NCBI GenBank assembly: GCA_963703345.1
Contig: OY969814.1
Coordinates: 96,001-160,000 of the forward strand
Direction: 5' to 3'
Origin: an uncultured Chloroflexia bacterium
Lineage (GTDB): Bacteria; Chloroflexota; Dehalococcoidia; DSTF01; JALHUB01
Length of the DNA stretch: 64,000 nt
Part shown: positions 22,326 through 33,741 of the stretch, piece after piece
Position numbering within the stretch: the stretch's first letter is position 1
How the letters are laid out: every line of letters starts with the position of its first letter
Position numbers and translations under genes: made by a program
The notes under the pieces: model-generated
Told to the model about the DNA's origin: nothing
Database searches by the model: none
The model's input: only the letters and a program-made list of their open reading frames with translations

Positions 22326-22745
22326 ATGCTTCAACCGAAGCGAGTCAAACACCGGAAGCAGCATCGAGGGCGGATGAGGGGCCGCGCGCCCGGAGGAAAT
22401 GAGGTTACCTTCGGTGAGTTCGGCCTGCAGGCCCTCGAATGCGCCTGGGTGGATAGCCGGCAAATAGAGGCGGCCCGTCGCGCCATAACGCACTACGTTC
22501 GCCGCGGCGGCAAGGTGTGGATACGCATCTTCCCCGACAAGCCGGTCACGGCCAAGCCGGCGGAGACGCGCATGGGAAGCGGAAAAGGCGCTCCCGACCG
22601 CTGGGTCGCCGTCGTCAAGCCGGGGCGCATGCTCTTCGAGCTATCCGGCGTAAGGCCGGAGGACGCCCAGGAGGCCATGCGCCTCGCCTCGCACAAGCTG
22701 CCGATCGAGACACGCTTTGTCGTGAGAGAGCACGAGGGAGTATAG
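22326..22745 (+). CDS. rplP: 50S ribosomal protein L16
   Basis: [18 protein letters not shown]. Confidence 0.98.
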   Translation: MLQPKRVKHRKQHRGRMRGRAPGGNEVTFGEFGLQALECAWVDSRQIEAARRAITHYVRRGGKVWIRIFPDKPVTAKPAETRMGSGKGAPDRWVAVVKPGRMLFELSGVRPEDAQEAMRLASHKLPIETRFVVREHEGV

Positions 22746-22746
22746 G

Positions 22747-22992
22747 ATGGCGCGCCGTCGCAAGAAGACCGTGTCGGAAGAGCTTCGCGCTCTTTCCGAT
22801 GAGGAACTGGCCCGCCGGCTGGAAGAGACCTACCGGCAGCTCTTCACGCTGCGCCTGAAGCTCTCAACGCGACAGCTTGCCAACCATCGCGAACTACCCA
22901 AGGTACGACACCAGATCGCCCGCATCAAGACGTTCCAGCGGGCGAGGGAACTGGCCGCGGCCTGGGAGGCGGCGCAAAGAGAGGTGAGCTAA
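22747..22992 (+). CDS. rpmC: 50S ribosomal protein L29
   Basis: [21 protein letters not shown]; position between rplP and rpsQ. Confidence 0.93.
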   Translation: MARRRKKTVSEELRALSDEELARRLEETYRQLFTLRLKLSTRQLANHRELPKVRHQIARIKTFQRARELAAAWEAAQREVS

Positions 22993-22995
22993 GAG

Positions 22996-23490
22996 ATGTA
23001 CACTCGCCGGAAATCGCGAATGGGCATCGTGATAAGCGACAAGATGCAGAAGACGCTCGTCGTCGCCGTCGAGAGTCGCAAGCGGCATCCCCTGTACAAC
23101 AAGACGATGCGGAGCACGACGCGCTACAAGGTCCATGACGGCAACGAGCTTGCCAAGACCGGCGACATCGTTCGGATAGTTGAGAGCCGGCCGATCTCGC
23201 GGGAGAAGCGCTGGCGGCTGGCCGAGATCGTGACACGTCGCGAGGTGGCGGAGATTGCGCCGCGCGAGATAGACGCGTCGATGCTGGGCATCCACCGGCC
23301 GCACACGGAAAGCCACGCGGCAACGGCGGAAGCGGCTCCGGCTGAGGCGGAGATGCCCGCACCTGAGGAAGCCGTCGAAGCGCCGGTCGTCGAAGAGACG
23401 GAAGCGCCGACGTCGGAAGCGGAAGCTCCGCCGGCCGAACCCGAAAGCGAAGCGGAAGAGGCGGAACAATCGGAAGAACAGGCTGAGTAA
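22996..23490 (+). CDS. rpsQ: 30S ribosomal protein S17 with long acidic tail
   Basis: [22 protein letters not shown]. Confidence 0.95.
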   Translation: MYTRRKSRMGIVISDKMQKTLVVAVESRKRHPLYNKTMRSTTRYKVHDGNELAKTGDIVRIVESRPISREKRWRLAEIVTRREVAEIAPREIDASMLGIHRPHTESHAATAEAAPAEAEMPAPEEAVEAPVVEETEAPTSEAEAPPAEPESEAEEAEQSEEQAE

Positions 23491-23858
23491 TGATCCAGAT
23501 CTATTCGCGCCTCAAAGTCGCTGACAACACCGGCGCTCGCCAGATAATGTGCATTCACGTCTCCGGCGGCACGGGGCGTCGCTACGCCCGCGTCGGCGAC
23601 GTGATAGTGGCCAGCGTGAAGCAGGCGCAACCCGGCGGAAGCGTTAAGAAGGGCGACGTCGTGAAGGCGGTCATCGTACGCACGGCCAAGACGTACGGAC
23701 GCAAGGACGGCTCCTACATCCGCTTCGACGACAACGCGGCCGTCATCCTCAGCGACAAGGAGAATCCCAAGGGCAGCCGCATCTTTGGCCCGGTCGCCCG
23801 TGAGCTGCGGGAACGCAACTACATGAAGATCGTCTCCCTGGCGCCAGAGGTGGTGTGA
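23490..23858 (+). CDS. rplN: 50S ribosomal protein L14
   Basis: [24 protein letters not shown]. Confidence 0.98.
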   Translation: MIQIYSRLKVADNTGARQIMCIHVSGGTGRRYARVGDVIVASVKQAQPGGSVKKGDVVKAVIVRTAKTYGRKDGSYIRFDDNAAVILSDKENPKGSRIFGPVARELRERNYMKIVSLAPEVV

Positions 23859-23860
23859 GG

Positions 23861-24175
23861 ATGAACAAGATAAAGCGCGAAGACCTCGTGCTGGTCATCG
23901 GCGGCAGGGACCGCGGCAAGCAGGGAACCGTCCGCACCGTGTTGGCGCGTGAGGGCCGCATCATCGTCCAGGGCGTGAACGTAGTGAAAAAGCACCAGAA
24001 GCCGAAGGCCCAGGGGACCCAGGCCGGCATCATCGAAAAAGAGGCACCGATTAACGTCTCGAAGGTGATGCTTGTCTGCAAGAGCTGTCGAAAACCGGTG
24101 CGGGTCGGATTCGGCATTCGGCCCGACGGCCACAAGTCCCGCGTCTGTCGCAAGTGCGGGCAGTTTATCGACTAG
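23861..24175 (+). CDS. rplX: 50S ribosomal protein L24
   Basis: GRDRGKQG, GVNVVKKH, EAPINVS; alternative start 23855. Confidence 0.96.
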   Translation: MNKIKREDLVLVIGGRDRGKQGTVRTVLAREGRIIVQGVNVVKKHQKPKAQGTQAGIIEKEAPINVSKVMLVCKSCRKPVRVGFGIRPDGHKSRVCRKCGQFID

Positions 24176-24184
24176 GAGCGACTG

Positions 24185-24730
24185 TTGGCGCCGAGACTGA
24201 AGGAGTTCTACCGCCAGGAAGTGACGCCGGCTCTGACGAAGGAGTTCGGCTACAGCAGCGTCATGGCAGTGCCGCGGCTGGAGAAGATCGTCGTTAACAT
24301 CGGGCTGGGCGAGGCGCTGCAAAACCCGCGCGCCCTCGACGCGGCCAGCGCCGACGTTGCGACGATAACCGGTCAGAAGCCGGTGGCGAATCGGGCCAAG
24401 CGGTCGATTGCCAACTTCAAGGTGCGCGAGGGCAATCCGATCGGCCTGAGCGTCACCGTCCGGGGAGACCGCATGTGGGAGTTCTACGACCGCCTGGTCA
24501 ACGCCGCTTTGCCGCGCATCCGCGACTTCCACGGGGTGTCGAACAAAGCCTTCGACGGGCGCGGCAACTACAGCGTCGGCCTGCGGGAGCAGTTGATCTT
24601 CCCGGAGATCGAGTTCGACAAGATAGACCGCATTCGCGGCATGCAAATAGTGATCGTGACGACCGCCCGCAGCGACGAGGAAGGCAAGCGCCTGCTGCAG
24701 TTGCTGGGGATGCCTTTCAGTCACAACTGA
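24185..24730 (+). CDS. rplE: 50S ribosomal protein L5
   Basis: [22 protein letters not shown]. Confidence 0.97.
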   Translation: MAPRLKEFYRQEVTPALTKEFGYSSVMAVPRLEKIVVNIGLGEALQNPRALDAASADVATITGQKPVANRAKRSIANFKVREGNPIGLSVTVRGDRMWEFYDRLVNAALPRIRDFHGVSNKAFDGRGNYSVGLREQLIFPEIEFDKIDRIRGMQIVIVTTARSDEEGKRLLQLLGMPFSHN

Positions 24731-24753
24731 GAGGCGAGTTAGAGGAGCAGGCA

Positions 24754-24939
24754 GTGGCTAAAACTTCGAAGATAGTCGCCTCCCGACGGCCGCCCAAGTA
24801 CTCGACGCGGCAGAAGAACCGCTGTCGTATCTGCGGCAGGCCGCGGGCTTACATGCGTATGTTCGGCATGTGCCGCATCTGTTTCCGCCACTTGGCCTTA
24901 GAGGGCCAGTTGCCCGGCGTCAAGAAGTCGAGCTGGTAG
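24754..24939 (+). CDS. rpsN: 30S ribosomal protein S14, zinc-binding type Z
   Basis: [10 protein letters not shown]...[14 protein letters not shown]; 61 aa. Confidence 0.96.
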   Translation: MAKTSKIVASRRPPKYSTRQKNRCRICGRPRAYMRMFGMCRICFRHLALEGQLPGVKKSSW

Positions 24940-24999
24940 GGGAGAGAAGGTGACTTCGTGCAGAGGGCAGCGGAAGTACTTTCCCGAGGGGGCGAAGGC

Positions 25000-25398
25000 A
25001 TGAACATGACCGATCCCATCGCCGATATGCTCACACGCATTCGTAATGCCATCATGGCGAGGCACGACGAGTTAAAGCTGCCGAGCTCAAAGATGAAGAT
25101 CTCCATAGCCCGCGTCCTCAAGGACGAAGGGTTCGTGAAGGATTTCGAAGAGATCGTCGATGGGCAGCGCCGCTTCCTGCGCATTCGCCTGGCTTACACA
25201 GGAAAGAAGGAACCCGTCCTGACGGGCCTTCAGCGCGTGAGCAAGCCGGGGCTGCGTGTCTACGTGCAAAACAGGGAGATCCCACGCGTCTACGGCGGCC
25301 TCGGAATCGCGATACTATCGACGCCGCAGGGTGTAATGACCGGCCAGGCGGCCTGGCACCGGCACATCGGCGGCGAAGTCATCTGCTACGTGTGGTAG
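25000..25398 (+). CDS. rpsH: 30S ribosomal protein S8
   Basis: [29 protein letters not shown]. Confidence 0.97.
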   Translation: MNMTDPIADMLTRIRNAIMARHDELKLPSSKMKISIARVLKDEGFVKDFEEIVDGQRRFLRIRLAYTGKKEPVLTGLQRVSKPGLRVYVQNREIPRVYGGLGIAILSTPQGVMTGQAAWHRHIGGEVICYVW

Positions 25399-25423
25399 GA
25401 GAAACGAAGGAGCAAAGAGACGC

Positions 25424-25972
25424 ATGTCTCGGGTAGGCCGGATGCCCGTAACAGTGCCGGAGAAGGTGAAGGTCGAGATCGACGGCTGTCGCGTCACCGT
25501 GCGCGGTCCCGGCGGCGAGCTATCGCGCGAGGTCGCTCCGGAGATGGAGCTGCGGCTGGAGAACAACCAGGTGCTGGTCAGTCGCTCCAGCGACGCCCCG
25601 CGCGAACGAGCTTTGCATGGCCTTACCCGTGCGCTGATCGCCAATATGGTGACCGGCGTCGATAGCGGCTTTTCGAAGATGCTCGAGCTCCACGGTGTTG
25701 GCTACCGCGGCGAGATGCGCGGCGCGAACCTGGTGCTCAGCCTCGGTTACTCGCATCCGGTCGAGGTGTCGCCGCCGCCCGGGATCACCCTCCAGATGGA
25801 AGGGACGGGTCGGCTGCGCGTCCTCGGCAGCGACAAGGAGCAAGTCGGACAGGTGGCGGCGGACATCAGGGCTCTACGACCGCCTGAGCCGTACAAAGGG
25901 AAGGGAATCCGCTACGCCGGTGAGTACGTCCGCCGCAAGGCAGGCAAAGCTGGTAAGGCGGCTAAGGCTTAG
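25424..25972 (+). CDS. rplF: 50S ribosomal protein L6
   Basis: [20 protein letters not shown]. Confidence 0.97.
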   Translation: MSRVGRMPVTVPEKVKVEIDGCRVTVRGPGGELSREVAPEMELRLENNQVLVSRSSDAPRERALHGLTRALIANMVTGVDSGFSKMLELHGVGYRGEMRGANLVLSLGYSHPVEVSPPPGITLQMEGTGRLRVLGSDKEQVGQVAADIRALRPPEPYKGKGIRYAGEYVRRKAGKAGKAAKA

Positions 25973-25977
25973 CGATA

Positions 25978-26346
25978 GTGGCTAAAGGAAAGACACCGGT
26001 CGCCGCCAGGCAGAGGCGGCATGAGCGCGTCCGCAGGAAGATACGGGGGACCGCTTCCCGGCCGCGACTCTGCGTGTTCCGCAGCCTGTCGCACATCTAT
26101 GCGCAGGTCATCGACGACGACGCTGGCCGAACGCTGGCCGCGGCTTCGGACGTCGAGAAGGCGGAGGCCGGGAACAGCGACGGCAAGAAGAAAATGGACG
26201 TCGCGGCGCTCGTCGGCGACCTCGTTGCCAAGAGAGCGCGGGAGAAAGGCGTCGAGCGGGTCGTCTTTGATCGCGGCGGCTACCGCTTTCACGGGCGCGT
26301 CAAGGCGCTCGCAGAGGCGGCGCGCAAGGCCGGTCTACGTTTTTAG
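25978..26346 (+). CDS. rplR: 50S ribosomal protein L18
   Basis: [21 protein letters not shown]. Confidence 0.97.
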   Translation: MAKGKTPVAARQRRHERVRRKIRGTASRPRLCVFRSLSHIYAQVIDDDAGRTLAAASDVEKAEAGNSDGKKKMDVAALVGDLVAKRAREKGVERVVFDRGGYRFHGRVKALAEAARKAGLRF

Positions 26347-26358
26347 AGGAATTGAGCG

Positions 26359-26880
26359 ATGGTTTTTGAACAGGCAGCACCTCCAGAAGTCGAAATAGCC
26401 GAGAAGGTCGTCCACATCAACCGCGTCGCCAAGGTCGTAAAGGGCGGACGCCGCTTCCACTTCAGCGCCATCGTCGTAGTCGGCGATGGCAGGGGGAAGG
26501 TCGGCATCGGCATGGGCAAGGCTCGCGAGGTGGCGGAGGCGATTCGCAAGGGCTCGACGATCGCGCGCAAGAACATGAAGCAGATACCGCTCGCCGGCAG
26601 CACGATTCCGCATCAGATCGAAAGCAAGTACTGCGCGGCGAAGGTGCTCATGAAGCCCGCCGCACCCGGCACGGGCGTCATCGCCGGCGGGGGAGTGCGC
26701 GCCATTATGGAGGTTGCCGGTATCCACGACGTCCTGGCGAAGTCGCTGGGCAGCGCCAATCCGATCAACGTTGTCAAGGCGACGATGCTTGGTCTGACGC
26801 GATTGCGCCAGCCGGCTCAGGTGCGGGCGTCGCGACGGGCGGCGGCCAGAGGAGCGGAGACTGTCGGTGGCAGAGCTTAG
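26359..26880 (+). CDS. rpsE: 30S ribosomal protein S5
   Basis: [21 protein letters not shown]. Confidence 0.97.
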   Translation: MVFEQAAPPEVEIAEKVVHINRVAKVVKGGRRFHFSAIVVVGDGRGKVGIGMGKAREVAEAIRKGSTIARKNMKQIPLAGSTIPHQIESKYCAAKVLMKPAAPGTGVIAGGGVRAIMEVAGIHDVLAKSLGSANPINVVKATMLGLTRLRQPAQVRASRRAAARGAETVGGRA

Positions 26881-27049
26881 GATTACCTGGGTGAAGAGCG
26901 CCATCGGTCACAAGGAGGACCAGAAGCGGACGATTCGCGCGCTGGGGCTGCGACGCCTCGGCCAGACCGTCGTCCATGGTGACTCGCCGATGATGCGTGG
27001 TATGATACGCAAGGTCAACCATCTCGTATCCGTGGAGGAGGCCGACTAG
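26867..27049 (+). CDS. rpmD: 50S ribosomal protein L30
   Basis: [21 protein letters not shown]. Confidence 0.95.
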   Translation: MAELRITWVKSAIGHKEDQKRTIRALGLRRLGQTVVHGDSPMMRGMIRKVNHLVSVEEAD

Positions 27050-27501
27050 TGCGGCAGAATGAACTGCGGCCGGCCCCCGGGTCTCGTCATGCCCGAAAGC
27101 GGGTGGGACGGGGTAACGCCAGCGGGCACGGCACGTACTCCGGTCGGGGGCTAAAGGGCCAGAAGGCGCGCGCCGGCGGTGGCGTCAAGCGCGGCTTCGA
27201 AGGGGGCCAGCTTCCGCTCGTCCGGAGGATGGCGCGCAAGCGTGGCTTCACCAACGTCTTCCGCGTCGAATACGAGCCGATCAACGTCTCGCGACTGGCC
27301 CGCTTTCCTGCGGGGAGCGAAGTGACGGCGGAGACTCTCGCCGGCGCGGGCATCATCAAGGATACGAAGAAGCCCATCAAAGTGCTTGGTGACGGTGAGT
27401 TGAAGGCAGCTCTCACCGTGCGCGCGCAAAAGTTCTCGGCGACGGCGCGACAGAAGATAGAGGCGGCCGGCGGCAAGGTGGAGGAGGTGGCAGCGAAATG
27501 A
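27049..27501 (+). CDS. rplO: 50S ribosomal protein L15
   Basis: RVGRG, KGQKAR, GFEGGQLP, KIEAAGG. Confidence 0.97.
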   Translation: MRQNELRPAPGSRHARKRVGRGNASGHGTYSGRGLKGQKARAGGGVKRGFEGGQLPLVRRMARKRGFTNVFRVEYEPINVSRLARFPAGSEVTAETLAGAGIIKDTKKPIKVLGDGELKAALTVRAQKFSATARQKIEAAGGKVEEVAAK

Positions 27502-28841
27502 CGCAGAGTCGCGCGAATCAGCCCGTCCTACCGCGACTGGCGCAGGCGCTGGTTCAGGCGTTCCAGCAGCCGGACATCCGGAAACGGCTGCTGTTCACCT
27601 TCTTCATACTCGCCGTCTTCCGCTTCGTCGCCCACGTACCGATTCCGGGCGTTGACTCACAGGCTCTCAGCGACGCCTTCGCCGGGAACGCCATTCTCAA
27701 CTATTTGAACCTGTTCTCCGGCGGCGCCCTGAGGAGGCTGAGCGTGGCTTCCATGGGCGTCTACCCGTACATCACTTCGACCATCATAATGCAGCTCCTC
27801 ATACCGATCGTGCCCTCCCTCTCGGCTTTGTCGAAGGAGGGCGAGCAAGGACGCAACAAGATTACTCTCTATACATATTGGTTGGCCGTGCCGCTGGCTA
27901 TCGTTCAGGGATACGCACAACTCCAGACGCTGCAACACTCGACGAGCGGCACGCCTGTGATCTCCCACATCGGTTTCACCGGCGGCGATCTCTTGCCGAC
28001 CATGGCGGCTCTGGCCTCCTTGACGGCCGGGACCATGTTCCTGGTCTGGCTCGGTGAGCTGATCACGGAGAATGGTATCGGCAATGGTATCTCGCTCATC
28101 ATCTTCGGCGGTATCGTTGCCGGCATGCCCCTCTATTTGCCGAGCATCGCGAGCTCATCGCTGGGGTTCGCCGGCATCGTGCTGCTGTTCATTCTCATCA
28201 TCCTGCTCGTCGGACTCATTGTCTACTTCTACGAGGCGCAGCGCCGTGTGCCGGTGCAGTATGCGCGCAGCCTCTTCCGCGGCGGACGGATGTACCGGCA
28301 GTCCGGTCAGACGCATATACCGCTGCGCGTCAACTCCGCCGGTATGATCCCGCTGATCTTTGCCTATGCGCTGGTCATCTTCCCGGCGACGCTCGCGAAG
28401 GCGTTCGAGACGTCGAGCACCACGTGGGTGCGCGACGTGGCTAAGTTCATCACCGGCACGTTCAGTCCAGGAAACGTGCCTTACTATGTGATGGTCTTCT
28501 TCCTTGTCCTAGCCTTTGCCTTCTTCTACACGCTCGTGATCTTCCAGCAGCAGAACCTGGCGGAGAACCTGCAACGGCAGGGCGGCTTCGTGCCCGGCAT
28601 CAGGCCGGGCCGGCCGACGCAAGACTACATCATGCGTGTGCTCGTGCGCATTACCTGGGCGGGAGCCATCTTCCTGGGGTTCGTGGCTATCGTCCCCTTC
28701 TTCGCGACGAAGTTCGCTAACACGCAGGCGTTGACCATCAGCAGCACTGGCCTTCTCATCATGGTCGGTGTTGTGCTGGATACGATGAAGCAACTGGAAG
28801 CGCAGCTTCTGATGAGAAACTACGCCGGATTCATTCGCTAG
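27498..28841 (+). CDS. secY: preprotein translocase SecY
   Basis: MGVYPYIT, WLGELIT, GIGNGISLII, PGIRPG. Confidence 0.97.
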   Translation: MTQSRANQPVLPRLAQALVQAFQQPDIRKRLLFTFFILAVFRFVAHVPIPGVDSQALSDAFAGNAILNYLNLFSGGALRRLSVASMGVYPYITSTIIMQLLIPIVPSLSALSKEGEQGRNKITLYTYWLAVPLAIVQGYAQLQTLQHSTSGTPVISHIGFTGGDLLPTMAALASLTAGTMFLVWLGELITENGIGNGISLIIFGGIVAGMPLYLPSIASSSLGFAGIVLLFILIILLVGLIVYFYEAQRRVPVQYARSLFRGGRMYRQSGQTHIPLRVNSAGMIPLIFAYALVIFPATLAKAFETSSTTWVRDVAKFITGTFSPGNVPYYVMVFFLVLAFAFFYTLVIFQQQNLAENLQRQGGFVPGIRPGRPTQDYIMRVLVRITWAGAIFLGFVAIVPFFATKFANTQALTISSTGLLIMVGVVLDTMKQLEAQLLMRNYAGFIR

Positions 28842-28858
28842 GATATGAGGAAGGAATC

Positions 28859-29506
28859 TTGATACTCATACTGTTGGGACCTCCGGGCGCAGGCAAGGGG
28901 ACGCAGGCGGTGGCGATCGCGCAGCAGGCGGGAATCGCCCACGTGGCCACCGGCGACCTGTTCCGGGAGAGTATCCGCAATCAGACGGAGCTGGGCAAGC
29001 AGGCGAAGGTCTACGTCGACCGCGGCGAGCTGGTGCCGGACCAGATAACGGTCGGGATGCTGCTCGACCGGCTGGAGCGACCGGACACGCAGAAGGGAGT
29101 CCTTCTCGACGGCTTCCCGCGGACGGTCGACCAGGCGCGGGCGCTGGACGAGGCGCTCAAAGAGCGCGCTCAGGCTGTCGACAAGGTGCTCTACATCAAC
29201 GTTGGCGAAGAAGAGGTCGTGCGGCGGCTGGCGGGTCGCTGGACGTGCCGTCAGTGCGGCGCCGTCTATCACCAGGTCTTCAGCCCGCCGAAGGAAGCTG
29301 GCAAGTGCGACCAGTGCGGCGGCGAGCTCTATCAGCGCGACGACGACAAGCCGGAGACGGTCCGAAACCGCCTGGGCGTGTATAACCAGCAGACCGCTCC
29401 GCTCATCGATTACTATCAACGTCAGGGCAAGCTGGTGGAGGTGAACGGCGAGGCGGGTGCCGAGGCGGTAGGCAAGGACTTGCTCAAGGCGGCGGGACTT
29501 TCCTGA
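28859..29506 (+). CDS. adk: adenylate kinase with zinc lid
   Basis: GPPGAGKGTQ, LDGFPR, CxxC...CxxC lid, QRDDD. Confidence 0.97.
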   Translation: MILILLGPPGAGKGTQAVAIAQQAGIAHVATGDLFRESIRNQTELGKQAKVYVDRGELVPDQITVGMLLDRLERPDTQKGVLLDGFPRTVDQARALDEALKERAQAVDKVLYINVGEEEVVRRLAGRWTCRQCGAVYHQVFSPPKEAGKCDQCGGELYQRDDDKPETVRNRLGVYNQQTAPLIDYYQRQGKLVEVNGEAGAEAVGKDLLKAAGLS

Positions 29507-29529
29507 ACTGCCTGAGGCGTCGGGGCTAG

Positions 29530-30279
29530 ATGCCCATCATAATAAAGTCGGAAGAAGAGATAGCAATCATCCGTGAAGCGGGCCGCGTTGTCGGCCAGGT
29601 GCTTCAGATACTGGCCCGGGAGGCAAAGCCGGGCGTCAAGGGCAAGCAACTGGACGCGTTGGTACGAAAGGAGTTCGCCAGCCGGGGCGTCGAGCCGACT
29701 TTCCTTGGCTACATGGGCTACCCGGCCAGCGTTTGCCTGTCGGTAAATGACGAAGTCGTCCACGGCATCCCCGGCGAAAGGGAGCTGAAAGACGGCGACG
29801 TGCTAAGCATAGACCTCGGTGCGACCTGCAAGGGGTTCGTCGGCGACGCGGCGATCACGGTCGGCATCGGACGGATCAGCAGCGAGGCGGAACGCCTGAT
29901 CCGGACAACGGAGAGGGCGCTTTACAAGGGAATACAGGCCGCCAGGGCCGGCAGGCCACTCGGCGCCGTCTCTCATGCGATACAGACGGAGGTCGAGGGC
30001 GAGGGGTTCTCGGTGGTGCGCGAGTACGTCGGACACGGCGTCGGCCGCGCGATGCATGAGGACCCGCAGATACCGAACTTCGGGCCGGCCGATAGAGGGC
30101 CCATCTTGAGGAAGGGTATGGTGCTCGCCATCGAGCCGATGGTCAATGCCGGCGGCTGGCGCACGAAGAGGCACGAGGACGGCTGGACGGTCAGCACGCT
30201 CGACCGAAGCCTCTCGGCCCATTTCGAGCACACCATCGCCGTGACGGACGGCGAGGCGGAGATACTGACGTTGCCCTGA
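29530..30279 (+). CDS. map: type I methionine aminopeptidase
   Basis: VVHGIP, GHGVG, IEPM, HFEHT. Confidence 0.97.
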   Translation: MPIIIKSEEEIAIIREAGRVVGQVLQILAREAKPGVKGKQLDALVRKEFASRGVEPTFLGYMGYPASVCLSVNDEVVHGIPGERELKDGDVLSIDLGATCKGFVGDAAITVGIGRISSEAERLIRTTERALYKGIQAARAGRPLGAVSHAIQTEVEGEGFSVVREYVGHGVGRAMHEDPQIPNFGPADRGPILRKGMVLAIEPMVNAGGWRTKRHEDGWTVSTLDRSLSAHFEHTIAVTDGEAEILTLP

Positions 30280-30316
30280 GGCAGCGTCGGACGGCAAACA
30301 ATAATTCGGGGAGGTT

Positions 30317-30535
30317 ATGCCCAAGAAAGAGACGATCGAAGTAGAGGGGGTGGTGAAGGAGGCTCTGCCGAACGCAATGTTCCGCGTAGACCTGGCAAAC
30401 GGACACAAGGTCCTTGCCCACGTCTCCGGAAAAATACGGCTTCACTTCATCAGGATTCTGCCGGGAGACCGTGTCCTGGTTGAGCTCTCTCCTTACGATC
30501 TGTCACGCGGCCGCATCACCTACCGATTCAAGTGA
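30317..30535 (+). CDS. infA: translation initiation factor IF-1
   Basis: [20 protein letters not shown]. Confidence 0.97.
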   Translation: MPKKETIEVEGVVKEALPNAMFRVDLANGHKVLAHVSGKIRLHFIRILPGDRVLVELSPYDLSRGRITYRFK

Positions 30536-30563
30536 GTCGAACGAGGCGGCAAAAGAGGATATA

Positions 30564-30677
30564 ATGAAAGTTCAAGCATCAGTGAAAGTGCGCTGTGAGA
30601 AGTGCCGCATTGTCCGGCGCCGGGGCGTCGTCATGGTGATCTGCCCCAACCCCAAGCACAAGCAGCGTCAGGGTTGA
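30564..30677 (+). CDS. rpmJ: 50S ribosomal protein L36
   Basis: [22 protein letters not shown]. Confidence 0.96.
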   Translation: MKVQASVKVRCEKCRIVRRRGVVMVICPNPKHKQRQG

Positions 30678-30690
30678 CCCAGGAGGAACG

Positions 30691-31074
30691 ATGGCACGTA
30701 TTGCCGGCGTAGACATACCAAATGACAAACAAGTTAGGGTCGCCCTCGGCTATATCTATGGCATCGGGCGAACGCGCTCTCAGAAAATCCTAGGCCAGAC
30801 CCAGATCGACCCAACCGTGCGTGTGCGGGACCTGACCGATGATGAGATCAACCGCATCCGTGAGGTCATCGACCGCGAATACGTGGTCGAAGGGGACCTG
30901 AGGCGCGAGGTGCGCCAGAACGTCCAGCACTTGATCGAGATCAACTGCTATCGCGGCATTCGGCACCGTCGCGGCCTGCCGGTGCACGGCCAGAGGACGC
31001 GCACGAACGCTCGTACCAAGCGAGGCGCACGCCGCACCGTGGCCGGCAAGCGGCGGTCGGTCGCCAAGAAGTAG
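30691..31074 (+). CDS. rpsM: 30S ribosomal protein S13
   Basis: [25 protein letters not shown]. Confidence 0.98.
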   Translation: MARIAGVDIPNDKQVRVALGYIYGIGRTRSQKILGQTQIDPTVRVRDLTDDEINRIREVIDREYVVEGDLRREVRQNVQHLIEINCYRGIRHRRGLPVHGQRTRTNARTKRGARRTVAGKRRSVAKK

Positions 31075-31089
31075 GAGAGGATAGCATAC

Positions 31090-31485
31090 GTGGCTGAGAA
31101 GAAGACGAAGAGCCGGGTCCGAAGGCGCGAACGAAAGTCGATCCCGAAGGGAAAGGCCTACATTCAGTCCACCTTCAACAACACACTGATAACGCTCACC
31201 GACCCTACGGGCAACGCAATTGCCTGGAGTAGCGCCGGCACGTCAGGCTTCAAGGGGTCGCGGAAGAGCACGCCGTACGCCGCGCAGATGGCCGCTCAGC
31301 AGGCGGCGCGCAAGGCAATGGACCAGGGCATGCGGCAGGTGGACGTCTTCGTCAAAGGGCCGGGCGGCGGTCGAGAAGCGGCCATTCGCGCCCTCCAGAG
31401 CGCCGGCCTGGCTGTTCTCAGCATACGCGACGTAACGCCGATACCGCACAACGGCTGCCGTCCGCCAAAGCGGCGTCGGATCTAG
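31090..31485 (+). CDS. rpsK: 30S ribosomal protein S11
   Basis: [25 protein letters not shown]. Confidence 0.98.
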   Translation: MAEKKTKSRVRRRERKSIPKGKAYIQSTFNNTLITLTDPTGNAIAWSSAGTSGFKGSRKSTPYAAQMAAQQAARKAMDQGMRQVDVFVKGPGGGREAAIRALQSAGLAVLSIRDVTPIPHNGCRPPKRRRI

Positions 31486-31511
31486 GGGTGGGGCAAAGGA
31501 GACGACTGTAG

Positions 31512-32135
31512 ATGGCTCGATATACAGGACCCGTGTGCCGCTTGTGCCGTCGTTTCGGCGAAAAGCTGATGCTGAAGGGCGACCGGTGCTATCGAAAGTG
31601 CGCCGTGGAGCGGCGAACCCAGCCGCCCGGCTTCCGCCTCGCGCGCCGCCGCCGCATATCCGACCGCGCCGTCCAGCTTCGCGAGAAGCAGAAGGCGCGG
31701 TTCACCTACGGCATCCTGGAGCGACAGTTCCGTCGCTACTATGCCGAAGCGGTGCGCCGGCCGGGCGTCACCGGCGATAACCTCATCCGTTTGCTGGAGA
31801 TGCGGCTCGACAACATCATCTACCGCCTGGGGCTCGCCGATTCGCGGGCGCAGGCCAGGCAACTCGTCAGTCACGGCCACGTGGTCGTCAACGGACGCAA
31901 GACAGGTATTCCTTCGGCGCAAGTCAAGGTGAACGACATCATCGGCTGGAGTCAGAGGGGAAAGAAAAGCGAGTACTACAAGGTGGTCGAGGAAACCGCG
32001 AAGAGCAAGGAGGTGCCCGGCTGGCTGGTGCGTGACGACGCCACCATGACCGGTCGCATCCTTCGCCCGCCGGAAGCGGAAGATGCCGGCGCGCCATTCG
32101 ATCCCCTTGTCATCGTCGAGTACTATTCGCGTTAG
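31512..32135 (+). CDS. rpsD: 30S ribosomal protein S4
   Basis: [36 protein letters not shown]. Confidence 0.98.
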   Translation: MARYTGPVCRLCRRFGEKLMLKGDRCYRKCAVERRTQPPGFRLARRRRISDRAVQLREKQKARFTYGILERQFRRYYAEAVRRPGVTGDNLIRLLEMRLDNIIYRLGLADSRAQARQLVSHGHVVVNGRKTGIPSAQVKVNDIIGWSQRGKKSEYYKVVEETAKSKEVPGWLVRDDATMTGRILRPPEAEDAGAPFDPLVIVEYYSR

Positions 32136-32156
32136 TCGGAGCGGGAGGCCGGAGAA

Positions 32157-33326
32157 TTGATATCTCCTCAACCTTTGGATGCAGAGAGAGAGGGCGTCCC
32201 CAGCGCGCAGCTCGCGACGCCGCAGATCGAAATCGAAGAGGCGAACGATACTTACGCCCGCGTCGTCGCTGAGCCGCTGGAGGCGGGCTTCGGGACGACG
32301 ATTGGCAACGCCCTGCGGCGCGTTCTTCTCAGCTCGCTGCCCGGCTCGGCGATCACCTCCGTGCGCATCGAAGAGGTGGAGCACGAGTTTTCGACGATCC
32401 TGGGCATCAAAGAGGACACGATGGAGTTCCTCCTCGCCGTGAAGGAGATACGCCTGCGCGGCCTTTCGGACCGGCCCGGCAAGCTGTATCTTGAGGCATC
32501 GGGCGAGGGCAGGGTGACGGCAGGGGACATTGCGGCCACCGCCGACTACGAAATCGCGAACTCGGAGCTTCACCTCGCTACGCTCGACTCGCCGGACGCG
32601 CATCTGACCGTCGAATTCACGGTAGAACAGGGGCACGGCTATTGGCCGGCAACGGAGCGGGAGCCGGCGCCCATCGGCGTCATCCCGGTCGATGCCATCT
32701 TTACGCCGATCCGCAAGGTGAACTACCAGGTGGAGCGGACACGCGTCGGCCAGGTGACGGACTACGACCGGCTGGTGCTGGAAGTCTGGACGGACGGCAC
32801 CGTAACCGGCTCGGAGGCAGTAAGCCGCGCGGCCAGCCTTCTCATCGACCAGTTGGTGCTTTACAGCCAGATCGGCAAGCCACAGCCGGCCGTCGTCGAG
32901 CGCGGGCTGGGCGTGGGCGCGGCGCTTTCGCCGGACCGCTACAACACGCCGATAGAGCAGCTCAACCTTTCCGTCAGGGCCTATAACTGTCTGAAGCGGA
33001 GCGGCCTGATGGCGGTAGGGCAAGTCCTCGAGAAGAGCGAAGACGACCTGTTGGCGCTGCGCAACTTCGGCCGCAAGTCGTACGACGAGTTGAGGGCCAA
33101 GCTCATCGAAATGGCCTTCCTCCAGCCGGAGCCGGAGGAGGAGATGCCTCTGGCTTACGAGGAAGAGGAAGGACCCGAGGGGGGAGAAGGCGAGCCGGTC
33201 AGCGCGCTCGGTGCCGCCCTGCTGCAGGCGCTGCGGAAGGCGGGCGAGGACCTGCCCACCGGCGAATCGGAAGGGGAGTCGGAGGGAGAGGTGGAGGCCG
33301 GCGAAGGGAAAGACGAAGAGGAGTAA
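32157..33326 (+). CDS. rpoA: RNA polymerase alpha subunit with acidic C-terminal tail
   Basis: EPLEAGFGTTIGNALRRVLLS, LSVRAYNCLKR, RNFGRKS. Confidence 0.97.
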   Translation: MISPQPLDAEREGVPSAQLATPQIEIEEANDTYARVVAEPLEAGFGTTIGNALRRVLLSSLPGSAITSVRIEEVEHEFSTILGIKEDTMEFLLAVKEIRLRGLSDRPGKLYLEASGEGRVTAGDIAATADYEIANSELHLATLDSPDAHLTVEFTVEQGHGYWPATEREPAPIGVIPVDAIFTPIRKVNYQVERTRVGQVTDYDRLVLEVWTDGTVTGSEAVSRAASLLIDQLVLYSQIGKPQPAVVERGLGVGAALSPDRYNTPIEQLNLSVRAYNCLKRSGLMAVGQVLEKSEDDLLALRNFGRKSYDELRAKLIEMAFLQPEPEEEMPLAYEEEEGPEGGEGEPVSALGAALLQALRKAGEDLPTGESEGESEGEVEAGEGKDEEE

Positions 33327-33365
33327 CGAGGCTTTTCGCCAGAGGGCGAGAGGCACTCGAAAAGC

Positions 33366-33716
33366 ATGAGACACAAAGTCGCTGGTCGAAAGCTCAGGCG
33401 GTCGACGCCACAGAGGCAGGCGCTGTTCCGCGGCCTGGTCACGGACCTCCTCCGCTACGAAAAGATTCGGACGACCGAGGCGAAGGCGAAGGAAGTGCGC
33501 GGCATCGCCGAGAAGGTGATCACCCTCGGCAAGGACGGCACCGTCCACGCCCGTCGCCAGGCCCTTCGCGTGGTGACGGACACGGACGTGGTGAAGAAGG
33601 TGTTCGACGACATCGCGCCCCGTTATGCGACCCGGCCCGGCGGCTACACGCGGATACTGAAGCTGGGCCGTCGCGTCGGTGACGGCGCGGAAGTGGCGCA
33701 GTTGGAGCTCGTCTAA
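33366..33716 (+). CDS. rplQ: 50S ribosomal protein L17
   Basis: [26 protein letters not shown]. Confidence 0.97.
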   Translation: MRHKVAGRKLRRSTPQRQALFRGLVTDLLRYEKIRTTEAKAKEVRGIAEKVITLGKDGTVHARRQALRVVTDTDVVKKVFDDIAPRYATRPGGYTRILKLGRRVGDGAEVAQLELV

Positions 33717-33741
33717 GAGGCAACGGGCTCTATCGGATGAA